64,000 nt of DNA from Anaerolineales bacterium (lineage in GTDB: Bacteria; Chloroflexota; Anaerolineae; Anaerolineales; UBA11579): NCBI GenBank assembly GCA_019637675.1, contig JAHBVE010000003.1, forward strand, positions 271,696 to 335,695. Direction: 5' to 3'. Positions 10,467-19,885 of the stretch are shown here, piece by piece (the stretch's first letter is position 1; every line of letters begins with the position of its first letter). Made by a program: the position numbers and the translations under genes. The notes below the pieces were generated by a model. That model was not told the DNA's origin, ran no database searches, and was given only the letters and a program-made list of their open reading frames with translations.

Positions 10467-11585
10467 CTAGCCCTCCCACTGGGGGGCGCGGCCAATGGCG
10501 TCACAGATCAGGTCGATGGTCTCGTCGCTCAAGTTCCAGGTGGAGGGCAGATACAGGCCGTTCTCCCACAGGGAGTCGGCCACCGGGCACGGCACATCCC
10601 GGAAACCCGGCATCTTGTCGAGCACAGGCTGCTGGTTCATGGGGCAGAAGAAGGTGCGGGTTTGGATGCCGCTCTCAGCCAGCGCTTCCACCAGTTTGTC
10701 TCGGCCAATCCCAAATTCCTTGGGGTCAACCACGATGCCGTACATCCAATACACATTCTTGGCCCAGTCCAGTTCAGCGGGCAGTTGAATGCCTTTGATG
10801 CCCTTCAACTTCTCGTTGTAGCGGTGGGCCACGCGGCGTTTCTGCTCGACGATGTGCTCGATCTTGCGGAACTGTGCCAACCCCAGCGCCGCCACGAAGC
10901 CCGGCATGCGGAAGTTGAAGCCGGCCAGCTCATGCTTGAAGCGCGGCTGGGTGAAAGCCAGGTTGCGCAGCAACTTCACCCGTTCGGCGAAGGCATCATC
11001 ATTGGTGGTGATCATGCCGCCCTCGCCGGTGGTGATGACCTTGTTGGCATAGAAACTAAAGCAGGCCATGTGCCCAAAGCTGCCGGTCATGCGGCCGCGC
11101 ACCGTGGCGCCATGCGACTCGGCGCAATCTTCAATGACGATCAGGTTGTGCTTGTTGGCGATCTCCATCAAACGGTCCATATCCACCGGATGGCCATACA
11201 GATGCACCGGGATGATGGCCTTCGTGCGCGGCGTGATCAGACCTTCGATCAGGTCCAGATCCAAATTCCAGGTCACATTCTCGGAGTCGACCGGCACCGG
11301 CACCGCGCCGTTGTGCAACGCAGCCAGCGCCGTGGCGATGTTGGTGCTGGAGCTGACCAGCACCTCATCCCCCGGCTGCAGATCCAGCGCGGCCACCGCC
11401 AAATGCAGGGCCGAGGAGCCACTGTTCACGGTGACGCCGTGCTTGCAGCCTACATAGGCGGCGAACTCGTTCTCAAAATCCTCAATATATTTGCCAAAGG
11501 TGCCGGAGACTTCGCCCTTGCGCAGCGCGTCAACCACGGCCTCGATCTCATCCTCGCTGATGACGGGTTCAAAGACCGGGATCAT
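10467..11585 (-). CDS. DegT/DnrJ/EryC1/StrS family PLP-dependent nucleotide-sugar aminotransferase (perosamine-synthase-like)
   Basis: 372 aa. MIPVFEPVISEDE..., SGSSALHLA, FSFYANKVITTGEGGM (PLP lysine region) are typical of the family. Confidence 0.9.
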   Translation of the reverse strand: MIPVFEPVISEDEIEAVVDALRKGEVSGTFGKYIEDFENEFAAYVGCKHGVTVNSGSSALHLAVAALDLQPGDEVLVSSSTNIATALAALHNGAVPVPVDSENVTWNLDLDLIEGLITPRTKAIIPVHLYGHPVDMDRLMEIANKHNLIVIEDCAESHGATVRGRMTGSFGHMACFSFYANKVITTGEGGMITTNDDAFAERVKLLRNLAFTQPRFKHELAGFNFRMPGFVAALGLAQFRKIEHIVEQKRRVAHRYNEKLKGIKGIQLPAELDWAKNVYWMYGIVVDPKEFGIGRDKLVEALAESGIQTRTFFCPMNQQPVLDKMPGFRDVPCPVADSLWENGLYLPSTWNLSDETIDLICDAIGRAPQWEG

Positions 11586-11995
11586 TTCTTCACCTCAACA
11601 AAAACTTTGTCCTCGGCCTCACCCAGATATGGGCCTTGCTTCACGCTGATGCATTGCATGTCTTCCAGTACGCGGATGGCATGCACACCATGGATGAGCA
11701 CGATCGCATCCCCGGCGTGCATTTCGATCTCGCGCAGCAAGCTGCCATCATCGCCGTACAGGTCCACCACCACCACCCCGCGCTGCACTACGAACATCTG
11801 CTGCAGGTCGGCTATGGTGCGCTCGACGGGCTTGTGGAAGTGGGGCGGCTCTACAAAGCCAGCCTTGTGAGCCAACAGCCCGAACTGGAAAGACGATTCG
11901 GCCGGCGAGAAGAATGTGGTCTTGTCCACCTTTTCGCTGGCCCAAATGATCTCGGCATACTTGATGCCGTGGTATTCAACGATCTCTACGCCCAT
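11582..11995 (-). CDS. Cupin-fold protein, possible nucleotide-sugar ketoisomerase (FdtA/Tyl1a-like) or WbuC-like
   Basis: 137 aa. PHFHKP...QQMFVVQRGVVVVDLYGDDG gives an HxH plus beta-barrel pattern. 4-nt overlap with the aminotransferase gene. Function is inferred from context. Confidence 0.55.
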   Translation of the reverse strand: MGVEIVEYHGIKYAEIIWASEKVDKTTFFSPAESSFQFGLLAHKAGFVEPPHFHKPVERTIADLQQMFVVQRGVVVVDLYGDDGSLLREIEMHAGDAIVLIHGVHAIRVLEDMQCISVKQGPYLGEAEDKVFVEVKK

Positions 11996-13027
11996 TTATG
12001 ACCTACCGCTGAGAATTTTCATGATCGGATCTCGCACAGACTTCCATGCTACCCGAACTGGCCAATACACTTTCAGAAAAGCACGCGCCAATCGGGTCTG
12101 CAGCCAATACCAAGGGGATGCAAGCAAGCGCTCAATATCTTCGCCAGCACGCTGCTCCTCAACAATCACACCCTCCCGCAGATCGCGCTGCAAGGCCTGG
12201 ATCGCAGTCGGGTGCTGGCCTGAAAAGCGCTCCAGCCACTGCAAGCCGCCCAATTCGCCCAGACGTAAAGGGTTCTTCAAGCCCATGTATTGCTCGTCGT
12301 ACCACTTCTTGTTCTTTGTAAAGGCCGTCGACCAGGTGACGTTGGAGTAGTATCCCACCTTCTGCCATGCCTGCTTGGGGAACACATACGAGTAGTGACG
12401 CATATACACCGGTTTACCGGCGGGGGCAGGCCGGGTTACCCAGTTCAACTGGTTCAGTTCGCGGCCCTGGTCATCCACTACAGTCGGCGGGCGGTGGGAG
12501 GTATAGCGATAGCCCGGCCCCCAGCGGAAGACGCGCGAAACGCGCGGGTATTGATGCAGATGCCACTCTCCGGTAATGTGTGAGTTAAAGCCGCCGAAGA
12601 ATTCAATGTATGGAAACGAATAACCCGAGACCTCCGGTTCGCGGTCAAGTAACGCAAGCATGGCAGCCAGGTCACTCTCTAGATAGAACTCATCGCTATC
12701 CACCTGCCACAACCAATCACCCGTGGCGCGCTCGGCATAGGCCTGCGACATCTCATCCTTCTCAGGCCAAAACCCATCCGCATAGCCCGCATCCGCGGCG
12801 CTGAGGATCAATACCTTGCCTTCGGGGTCTTCGTCGCGCTGGAAGCGCTGCAGCATTTCCAGTGTGCCGTCCACCGAGTGCCCGTCCGGGCGCGCCAGAG
12901 CGCCGGCCGTGCGCACCGCGCCCTCCACCACAATGATCTGGTGCGCGAAGGGATACAGGGCGCGCAGGTTGTATTCAAGGAACGGCATGGCGTTCAGCGC
13001 CAGGATGCCAAAGCTCACCTTAGCCAT
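11996..13027 (-). CDS. Glycosyltransferase family 2-like (GT-A fold) protein
   Basis: 343 aa. N-terminal VSFGILALNAMPFLEYNL and QVDSDEF (DxD) motif. Long C-terminal extension of unknown function. Confidence 0.55.
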   Translation of the reverse strand: MAKVSFGILALNAMPFLEYNLRALYPFAHQIIVVEGAVRTAGALARPDGHSVDGTLEMLQRFQRDEDPEGKVLILSAADAGYADGFWPEKDEMSQAYAERATGDWLWQVDSDEFYLESDLAAMLALLDREPEVSGYSFPYIEFFGGFNSHITGEWHLHQYPRVSRVFRWGPGYRYTSHRPPTVVDDQGRELNQLNWVTRPAPAGKPVYMRHYSYVFPKQAWQKVGYYSNVTWSTAFTKNKKWYDEQYMGLKNPLRLGELGGLQWLERFSGQHPTAIQALQRDLREGVIVEEQRAGEDIERLLASPWYWLQTRLARAFLKVYWPVRVAWKSVRDPIMKILSGRS

Positions 13028-14255
13028 GCGCCGCCTCAGTCACCAGTGCATGCAAGTACATATCGAGCACTCGGTCTGCAGAAAATTTGCCGCGCGTGTA
13101 CGCTTTCGTTTCCTGCTGGATGGTTTCCAAATTTGGCGCATTAAGCAACTCAGCCGCCCGGTCTGCCATCCTGCCGGCGTTGAAATCGGCCACGAGATAG
13201 CCGTTCTTGCCATCCTCAATGATGTCAGCATTGCCGCCGCGGCGGAAGGCGACCACTGGTAGGCCCAGACAGGCTGCTTCCACGATGGCCATGCTGAAAT
13301 TCTCCATCAACGCCGGCGAGATCGCCACATCACTGGCTTTGACATATCCGATATGCTCAGCATAACTGACCTGGCCGGGCAGCAGCATGTGCCCGCGCGC
13401 CTTGTGCGCCTCCAGTTTGTCCATCACCTCAGGCTCGATATACCCAGGAATATAGAATCCCAACGGGTCCTTCACAAGGCCCAGCAAGGCATCGATAATT
13501 TCGAGCAAGTACTCAGCGCCTTTGATGCGGCTGCCGGCAGAGGGCATATATACGACACGTGCCGTGGTCGGCAGACCCAGTTGTTCCCGAACCGCCTGTG
13601 GTTCTACGCGGTCCACAGTAGACAGGTCGATCATATTAGGCACGACCGAGACCGGGCCGTCGAAGGCATAGGTCTGTTTGAACCATTCGCGCATATAGCC
13701 GGATGGGCACAGCACCTGGTCCACCTTTTTGAGCACCTGGTTCTCAAGCCAGATCGCCAAACGCGTATCCAGCGCAGAAAACGCACCCAAGCCCGATTCT
13801 TTGGCGATCCGCGCCGGATTATGGTGCGAGGTCAGCACAAAACACTGCTGGGCAGATTTGCGCAGCCAAAGGCCGGGAGCGCCGTGGTCTGAGAGGAGCA
13901 CCGTGTCCGGCGCATACTCCCTTATCGAGCGTGCCATCCTCAGCGCGCCGGGCGCATTGCGCAGGATCTCGGCCGCTTGGTAGGCCAGCTTGCCGGGCTG
14001 CAATACCCGCCACGGGAATTGCAGCAGGACAAACAAGCGCTTGAGCCACTGGGGGGCGACGCCATGGCGGACGATCTCGGGCTCAGAGTCATCCTTGACC
14101 CCATTGTCGTAGAACGTAAAAAGCCGCGCCGCGTAGCCGCGCTGGCGCAGGGCACGCCACAAGTTGTAATGCGCGCTGGCCACGCCGCCTGCGCCATACG
14201 GCGGGGCGCTGGCGGCGACAATGGCGATGCGCGATTTTTTGCTTAGCGCGGCCAT
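13020..14255 (-). CDS. Glycosyltransferase family 4
   Basis: Start trimmed to MAALSKKSRIAIVAAS. GT4 signature PALMENFSMAIVEAACLGLPVVAFRRGG. Confidence 0.8.
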   Translation of the reverse strand: MAALSKKSRIAIVAASAPPYGAGGVASAHYNLWRALRQRGYAARLFTFYDNGVKDDSEPEIVRHGVAPQWLKRLFVLLQFPWRVLQPGKLAYQAAEILRNAPGALRMARSIREYAPDTVLLSDHGAPGLWLRKSAQQCFVLTSHHNPARIAKESGLGAFSALDTRLAIWLENQVLKKVDQVLCPSGYMREWFKQTYAFDGPVSVVPNMIDLSTVDRVEPQAVREQLGLPTTARVVYMPSAGSRIKGAEYLLEIIDALLGLVKDPLGFYIPGYIEPEVMDKLEAHKARGHMLLPGQVSYAEHIGYVKASDVAISPALMENFSMAIVEAACLGLPVVAFRRGGNADIIEDGKNGYLVADFNAGRMADRAAELLNAPNLETIQQETKAYTRGKFSADRVLDMYLHALVTEAAHG

Positions 14256-15253
14256 TGCATTTTCATCCAGAATACGGCTTTGTCGGCGATGCCGTGTTTT
14301 GCGCCTTTTGCCAAAGGGGAGCTGGAGTACAGCCGCCACGACTCTCGGTTGTGAACGGCTGCGGCGCGGCAAGCCGCCCACCAGCGCTCTTCGAGTGCAG
14401 CGCGCAAGGCGGCGGCCGCATACAGCTTCTTGCGCTTGTTGGCGCGTTCAATTGAGCGCAGCCAGACCTCTGTGCGGCGCAGAAAGCTGCTATTGTGCTC
14501 AAACTGCCATGTGGAAATAGCGCTGTGCAGCTGCAAGTCTCGCCGCGTTGCGGTTATGCCCAACCGCTTAAGCTGGCGCGCCCGCACGGCATCTGCGGTT
14601 TGCGCCTGCCCGATGGCGTGCCGCTGGCCCACCTGGCCGGCGTGGATTCGGTAGCGCAGCAATACCTCCGGCACGTTAGTCATTTGCAAACGGCGGGCGG
14701 CCCGCTCCCATAGCTCATAGTCCTGCGCGCGCTCCACGCGTGGGTTATAGCGCAAACCTTTGCTCGCAAAATCCTTGCGGCGCAACATCACCGCACTATG
14801 CACAAACGGAGAGTTGAACAACAGGTCTGCCTTGGCTGCCTCCGGCGTTGTGGGCAGTTTCCAGGTTTGCTCTTTGGGCAATCCCATGGTTTGCGCCCAG
14901 GCGCTCACCAGGCTGATATCAGGATGGCTTTCCATGAAAGCGACTTGCTTCTCGAGCCGGGCAGGCAAACTAACATCATCTGCGTCCATACGCGCCCAGT
15001 AGACGCCGCGCGCCATTCGCAAACCTCGGTTGAGTGTTACCGAAAGGCCGGCCCGTTTGCGGTTGCGCACCAATCGCCAGCGCGGGTCCTGTACGCCGGC
15101 CAGCATCTCAGCGCTGCCGTCTGTGGAGCCATCGTCAATGCAAATAAATTCAAGATCGCTCAACGTCTGGGCGAAGATGCTGTCAATGGCTTCGCGCAGG
15201 TATGGCAGGCCGTTGTATACCGGCATGACCACACTTACCAACGGGGTCTTCAA
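14243..15253 (-). CDS. Glycosyltransferase family 2
   Basis: 336 aa. VSVVMPVYNGLPYL...IDDGSTDGS...RMDADD. Confidence 0.85.
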   Translation of the reverse strand: MKTPLVSVVMPVYNGLPYLREAIDSIFAQTLSDLEFICIDDGSTDGSAEMLAGVQDPRWRLVRNRKRAGLSVTLNRGLRMARGVYWARMDADDVSLPARLEKQVAFMESHPDISLVSAWAQTMGLPKEQTWKLPTTPEAAKADLLFNSPFVHSAVMLRRKDFASKGLRYNPRVERAQDYELWERAARRLQMTNVPEVLLRYRIHAGQVGQRHAIGQAQTADAVRARQLKRLGITATRRDLQLHSAISTWQFEHNSSFLRRTEVWLRSIERANKRKKLYAAAALRAALEERWWAACRAAAVHNRESWRLYSSSPLAKGAKHGIADKAVFWMKMQWPR

Positions 15254-16344
15254 TCAGCCAGCCTGTTCAGTAGGTCGAATTCAAGCTCAGCCACCCGCTC
15301 GAGCGCGAAGTGCGCTTCGACATAGGCTCGGCCGGCGCGGGCCAAGCGCTGGCGCAGTGCAGCATCATCCACCAGGCGCTGCACGCCTTCCCGAATACTG
15401 GCGGCGTCCACATTGCACAGCAAGCCGTTGTCTTCGTGCGTGATGATCTCTTGGATGCCTTGCACCCGCGTTCCCAGAACGGGCAGGCCACATGCCATCG
15501 CTTCGATCAATGCCTTGGGGTGGCCCTCATACAGCGAGGGGAAGACGAACAGGTCACACTGGCGCAGCAGATCCGGCAGATCCTGATTCCCCACCGATCC
15601 TAAAAATCGAAACTCAGCCTTCCCACCTTCCGAGAATTCCTCGAGTTGCTCTTTGCGCGGCCCATAGCCGATCAGCCACACTTCCACATCCATATCAATA
15701 ACCGCTTTGATCAACTGGAACAGGTTCTTCTCGTCATCCAACCGGCCCACGAACCCGATCCGTGTTTTCGAAGACCCGCTGCCCTTGCCCGGATAAAAGC
15801 GATCCGTCTCAACATAGTTGGGAATCACGTTGATCCGCTCGGGGCTCACTCCATAGTTCTCAGACACTTTGTTTGCAATGCGCTGTGTGGTCACCACCAC
15901 CGCGTTCGCCCCGTTAAATACGGCTTTCTCCAACTTAAGCGCCTGCTTGGCGTGCTTGGATTTAGGACCATACTTGTTGCTCTGAACCTCGGAAAGCATA
16001 TAGCCGCAGCGCGCAATGAACTTTGCGCCCGCTTTGCGGGCAGCCCCCATGGCAATATCCGCCCCGGCCATCTGATTGCTTTTGAACACATCCGCCTTCA
16101 ACGGTTGTGAGAGCAGCTTACGCTCATACGCTGCCAGCTTGAGCCCATCTACATTGGCATGGATACGCAGATCAGGAATAATGTGAGCGAACGCTAGGTC
16201 TTGCTTGTCGCCATAGGTCACAAAATCAATGCCAATCCCGAGCGCCTGCAGCCTGCGATACAACGCCACCTCGCGGTCCAGCATGCCGACCGTGCTCCAG
16301 GTTTTGAGCGACACCCCTTGGGTGAAAAACAGGGCTAAGTTCAT
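15250..16344 (-). CDS. Glycosyltransferase family 4
   Basis: 364 aa. PSLYEGHPKALIEAMACGLPVLGTRV. Confidence 0.85.
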   Translation of the reverse strand: MNLALFFTQGVSLKTWSTVGMLDREVALYRRLQALGIGIDFVTYGDKQDLAFAHIIPDLRIHANVDGLKLAAYERKLLSQPLKADVFKSNQMAGADIAMGAARKAGAKFIARCGYMLSEVQSNKYGPKSKHAKQALKLEKAVFNGANAVVVTTQRIANKVSENYGVSPERINVIPNYVETDRFYPGKGSGSSKTRIGFVGRLDDEKNLFQLIKAVIDMDVEVWLIGYGPRKEQLEEFSEGGKAEFRFLGSVGNQDLPDLLRQCDLFVFPSLYEGHPKALIEAMACGLPVLGTRVQGIQEIITHEDNGLLCNVDAASIREGVQRLVDDAALRQRLARAGRAYVEAHFALERVAELEFDLLNRLAD

Positions 16345-17432
16345 TTCAACACCGGCAAAAGAGGCTCATAAAGCTCTCGATAGTAGCGGGCCGCGATCAC
16401 CGGCCAGCCATAGTGCTTGATGCGCTCAAGCCCGTTCGCAACTAGTTGCTGGCGCAAACCAGGCTCCTCGATCAGGCGCTCAATACCCGCAGCCAACCCG
16501 GCCGGGTCTTCGATATCGGTCAGCAAACCATCCTGCCCATGCGTGACCACATCCGGCGCCAGGCCCACCCGCGTGCCCACGAACGGCACGCCGGAGGCCA
16601 GCGCTTCGAGCACGCCTTTGGGGCCACCCTCCTCGCGTGAGGCCATCAGATACGCGTCAATGCCGTCAAACAAACGCGGGATGCGGTGAAAGTCTTCCTC
16701 CACCACATGCACATACGGCACTCCGGCGGAAACCAACCCCTGTTTCACATAGCCGCGCGCCGGAGCGCTCAACAAGACGAACAGGTTCTTATGGCGGGCA
16801 TGAACTTGCTTCAGCGCTTCGATGAGCACATCCGGCCCCTTGATCAGCTTAGGCACCAGGCCATCGGCCATACCCTGGCCATCTTTCTGGAACGAGCCGA
16901 TGCAGAACGCATCCGCGGGGATGCCAAGCTCTCGCCGCCGGGCAAGTCTGTCTTCGGGAGACGCGGGTTTGAAACGCTCCAGGTCCACACCCAGAGGAAT
17001 ACGGACCAATTTCTCTTTAGGCGCGCCCCACTGAAGAAAACGATCTTCCATGATCTTGCATGAAACATGTAGCCGGGCGATCAAATGCAATTTTGCCAAC
17101 ACCTTTTCGATGGGCTCGGCAAAGTCAGGCGCTTCTTTATTCCCATGAAAGACGGTTGCGACAACCGTATTTTGGCGGGTATGTTTCGCGTCCAGATTTG
17201 CCAGGGTGTCCCAGAGAGATGAATAATGAAGGATCTGGCGCGAAATACCCCGGGCAGATCTCACAACCTGGGTTTCCATCGCAAATTGCTCACGGATGTT
17301 ACGCGTGATGTAGTGCGCCTCCCAGTCCAAAACCCAATTCACAAAGGGGGCAACAAAGTACAGGGCGGGCTGGTGACGCAGCCTGGGCATCGCCAGTGAA
17401 AGCAAAGAACGAATGCCGCGCGATATCGTCAT
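16341..17432 (-). CDS. Glycosyltransferase family 4
   Basis: Start trimmed to MTISRGIRS (ATG 17430-17432), which forms an ATGA overlap with the ABC exporter stop. Signature ASREEGGPKGVLEALASGVPFVGTRVG. Confidence 0.8.
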   Translation of the reverse strand: MTISRGIRSLLSLAMPRLRHQPALYFVAPFVNWVLDWEAHYITRNIREQFAMETQVVRSARGISRQILHYSSLWDTLANLDAKHTRQNTVVATVFHGNKEAPDFAEPIEKVLAKLHLIARLHVSCKIMEDRFLQWGAPKEKLVRIPLGVDLERFKPASPEDRLARRRELGIPADAFCIGSFQKDGQGMADGLVPKLIKGPDVLIEALKQVHARHKNLFVLLSAPARGYVKQGLVSAGVPYVHVVEEDFHRIPRLFDGIDAYLMASREEGGPKGVLEALASGVPFVGTRVGLAPDVVTHGQDGLLTDIEDPAGLAAGIERLIEEPGLRQQLVANGLERIKHYGWPVIAARYYRELYEPLLPVLK

Positions 17433-19327
17433 ACAACACCTTGCGCGCCGGTGAGCGTTTTTAGCTCTTCGTTCGCGCCAAATTGCAGGTCGCAAAAGTG
17501 CTTGTATTCTTTGCAGCGCAGATACAGTTCGGCGTGCTTGCCTTGATCCACGATCTGGCCGCGCGCCAGAACAACAATGTTGTCGGCATGGATCACCGTA
17601 GAAAGCCGGTGGGCGATCACCACCGCAGTCGTATCCTTGATGATGTTGTCGATCGCTCGTTGCACCTGGCGCTCCGATTCGGTATCCAGTGCGCTGGTCG
17701 CCTCATCGAGAACCAGGATGCGCGGGTCATGGTACACCGCCCGGGCGATCGTGATGCGCTGCTTTTGCCCGCCCGAGAGCAGCATGCCGCGGTCACCAAT
17801 AAGCGACTCGTAGCCCTTCGGCAGCTTGTCGATGAACTCGGTGGCATTGGCCACCTCAGCCGCCTTGCGCACTCGCTCCAGGTTGGCGTTCTCGTCGGGA
17901 TAAGCAATGTTCTCGGCCACGGACGCATTGAACAGGATACTGTCCTGCGACACAACGCCGATCATGCGGCGGTACACAGGTAGATCCAGCTCGCGCAGGT
18001 CGGCCCCATCCACGCTGATGCGCCCACTGCGGGGATCATAGAAGCGCAAGATCAGATCCGTGATGGTGGATTTGCCGGCCCCACTCTCGCCGACCAGGGC
18101 CACCATTTGGCCGCGCTCGATCTCGAGATCAATGTGGCTCAATACGCTCTCTTGACCGTATGCAAACGATACGTCTTCAAAGCGGATCCGGTCGACAAAA
18201 TCAGTCTTGACCGTCGTTCCGCTGACGATGGACGCGGTTTCGTCAAAGAATTCCTGCACCCGTTCGCTGGTCGCTACTGTAGTCTGGATAATTTTCAGCG
18301 TGCGGGCCAGATCAGTTAGTGGGTCGAGCACCGCTCGCCCCACATACAAGTAGAGAAAGAAACCTGTCGTACTGAGCCGGCCAGAGATAAGTTCGTTGGC
18401 GGCAAACAGCAGAACGGCCACATTCACCATTGAGTTGATAATGAACGTGACCGGCTCATCCACATGTTTAAAGAAAGAGGATCTGAAGAGCGCCTGAATG
18501 GCTCTACGGGAAAGGGAGGAGAATCTTGTCGCTTCGTAAGGCTCTGCTGCAAACGATTTCACGATACGAATATTGGAAACGACTTCCTGCAGGTAGGATG
18601 TAACCTCGGCCTGCACACCAAACTGCTCACGAACCCGGCGCTGGGCCGGCTTCTTCACAAGCTGAACAAAGATGTACTGTGCAATTGCGGCCAGCACAAC
18701 AAAAAGGCTGAGGCGCAAGCTGGTTTTGATCAACAGCGAGCCGTACAGCAATGCCAGTACGCTCGAAACCACGATCGAGCGCACGATCGCCTCAAGCCCG
18801 GATACGACCGCATCGGTATCCTTGTCCAGGCGAGAGATCAATTCACCCGTGCGATTCTTTGTGAAAAAATCGAGCGACAACCCCATAACGTGTTCCAGCA
18901 GGGCCGCCTGCATTCCACGCCCTGCTCGCACTCGGATCCAGATCCCCAGCAGATAGACCAGAAAGTTCAATACATACAGCACAACAGAGACCAGCAGGTA
19001 CAAGACCGCCACGGTTACGATGACATTCCAGGCGCTGGTTTGCTCAGGAGAGAACAGGTGCAGCAAGTATTGGCCGATGTTGTTCAGGTCAACATCAAAA
19101 ATGCTGTCAGGCACTTCCTCGGTCAGCTGGTTGAACGCCTCCGGCCCATGCACGGCCACTTCCAGCACGGGCGCGGTCACCATCGGCTGGGCCGCGGTTA
19201 GCAGGCTGGCGACGAAGTACAAGGCCAGCGAGAGCAGCATCTGCGGCCAGTACGGCTTCATGAATCGGCTCAGCAGCTGGGCCAGCTGCTTGAATTCGTA
19301 GTTGCGCTTCATGTTGGAGTTGTTCAT
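17429..19327 (-). CDS. Fused TMD-NBD ABC exporter (MsbA/PglK-like lipid or lipid-linked-glycan flippase type)
   Basis: 632 aa. Six N-terminal TM spans; Walker A GESGAGKST; ABC signature LSGGQKQR; Walker B ILVLDEATSALD. Confidence 0.9.
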   Translation of the reverse strand: MNNSNMKRNYEFKQLAQLLSRFMKPYWPQMLLSLALYFVASLLTAAQPMVTAPVLEVAVHGPEAFNQLTEEVPDSIFDVDLNNIGQYLLHLFSPEQTSAWNVIVTVAVLYLLVSVVLYVLNFLVYLLGIWIRVRAGRGMQAALLEHVMGLSLDFFTKNRTGELISRLDKDTDAVVSGLEAIVRSIVVSSVLALLYGSLLIKTSLRLSLFVVLAAIAQYIFVQLVKKPAQRRVREQFGVQAEVTSYLQEVVSNIRIVKSFAAEPYEATRFSSLSRRAIQALFRSSFFKHVDEPVTFIINSMVNVAVLLFAANELISGRLSTTGFFLYLYVGRAVLDPLTDLARTLKIIQTTVATSERVQEFFDETASIVSGTTVKTDFVDRIRFEDVSFAYGQESVLSHIDLEIERGQMVALVGESGAGKSTITDLILRFYDPRSGRISVDGADLRELDLPVYRRMIGVVSQDSILFNASVAENIAYPDENANLERVRKAAEVANATEFIDKLPKGYESLIGDRGMLLSGGQKQRITIARAVYHDPRILVLDEATSALDTESERQVQRAIDNIIKDTTAVVIAHRLSTVIHADNIVVLARGQIVDQGKHAELYLRCKEYKHFCDLQFGANEELKTLTGAQGVV

Positions 19328-19812
19328 GCGATCTTGCGCGCTCCGTTGCCGGCGGGCTTGCTGCGCTCCAGCGAATAGGCGCCATCGCGCATGCGGATGA
19401 TGTACTTGCCGGGCTGCTCATCCAGGGCCAGGCCGCCGGTCTCCAGGCAACTCAGGCGGAAGATGTCCAGCTCCGGGTCGCTGCCATCGATATACACGCT
19501 TTCGATTCCTTTGGCTTGCATCGAGGCGATCAGATCCTTCGCCTGCTCGCGCAGCCCATGATAGACCTTGAGCGAGTCTTTGACATACTGGGTGGCATTG
19601 CGTTGGAAGGCGCGCATGCCCTCGCCGGTCAGGTTGTAGCGCAGACGAGTGCGGTCCATGCGCGTGGCCTTGAGGTAGCCGCGGCTGATCAGGCGCTTGA
19701 TGTACCAGTTGACGCTGCCGATCGCCATGCCCAGCCGGCTGGCTAAACCCGCCTGGGTAATGGTCTCGTCTTCGGCAATAGCTTCCAATAATCGGTATTC
19801 GCGTTGCTTCAC
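19324..19812 (-). CDS. Winged-helix transcriptional regulator with C-terminal domain (paralog of 3316..3834)
   Basis: Start trimmed to the GTG at 19810-19812 (VKQREYRLLEAIAEDE), giving 163 aa, comparable to the 172-aa paralog. ATGA-type overlap with the ABC exporter start. Confidence 0.65.
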   Translation of the reverse strand: MKQREYRLLEAIAEDETITQAGLASRLGMAIGSVNWYIKRLISRGYLKATRMDRTRLRYNLTGEGMRAFQRNATQYVKDSLKVYHGLREQAKDLIASMQAKGIESVYIDGSDPELDIFRLSCLETGGLALDEQPGKYIIRMRDGAYSLERSKPAGNGARKIA

Positions 19813-19885
19813 GGCACACCAGCTTTCAGGAAATGAATTCTGACACGCGCGCCGCACAACTGTCAATAGACATTGAGGGGAGAAG

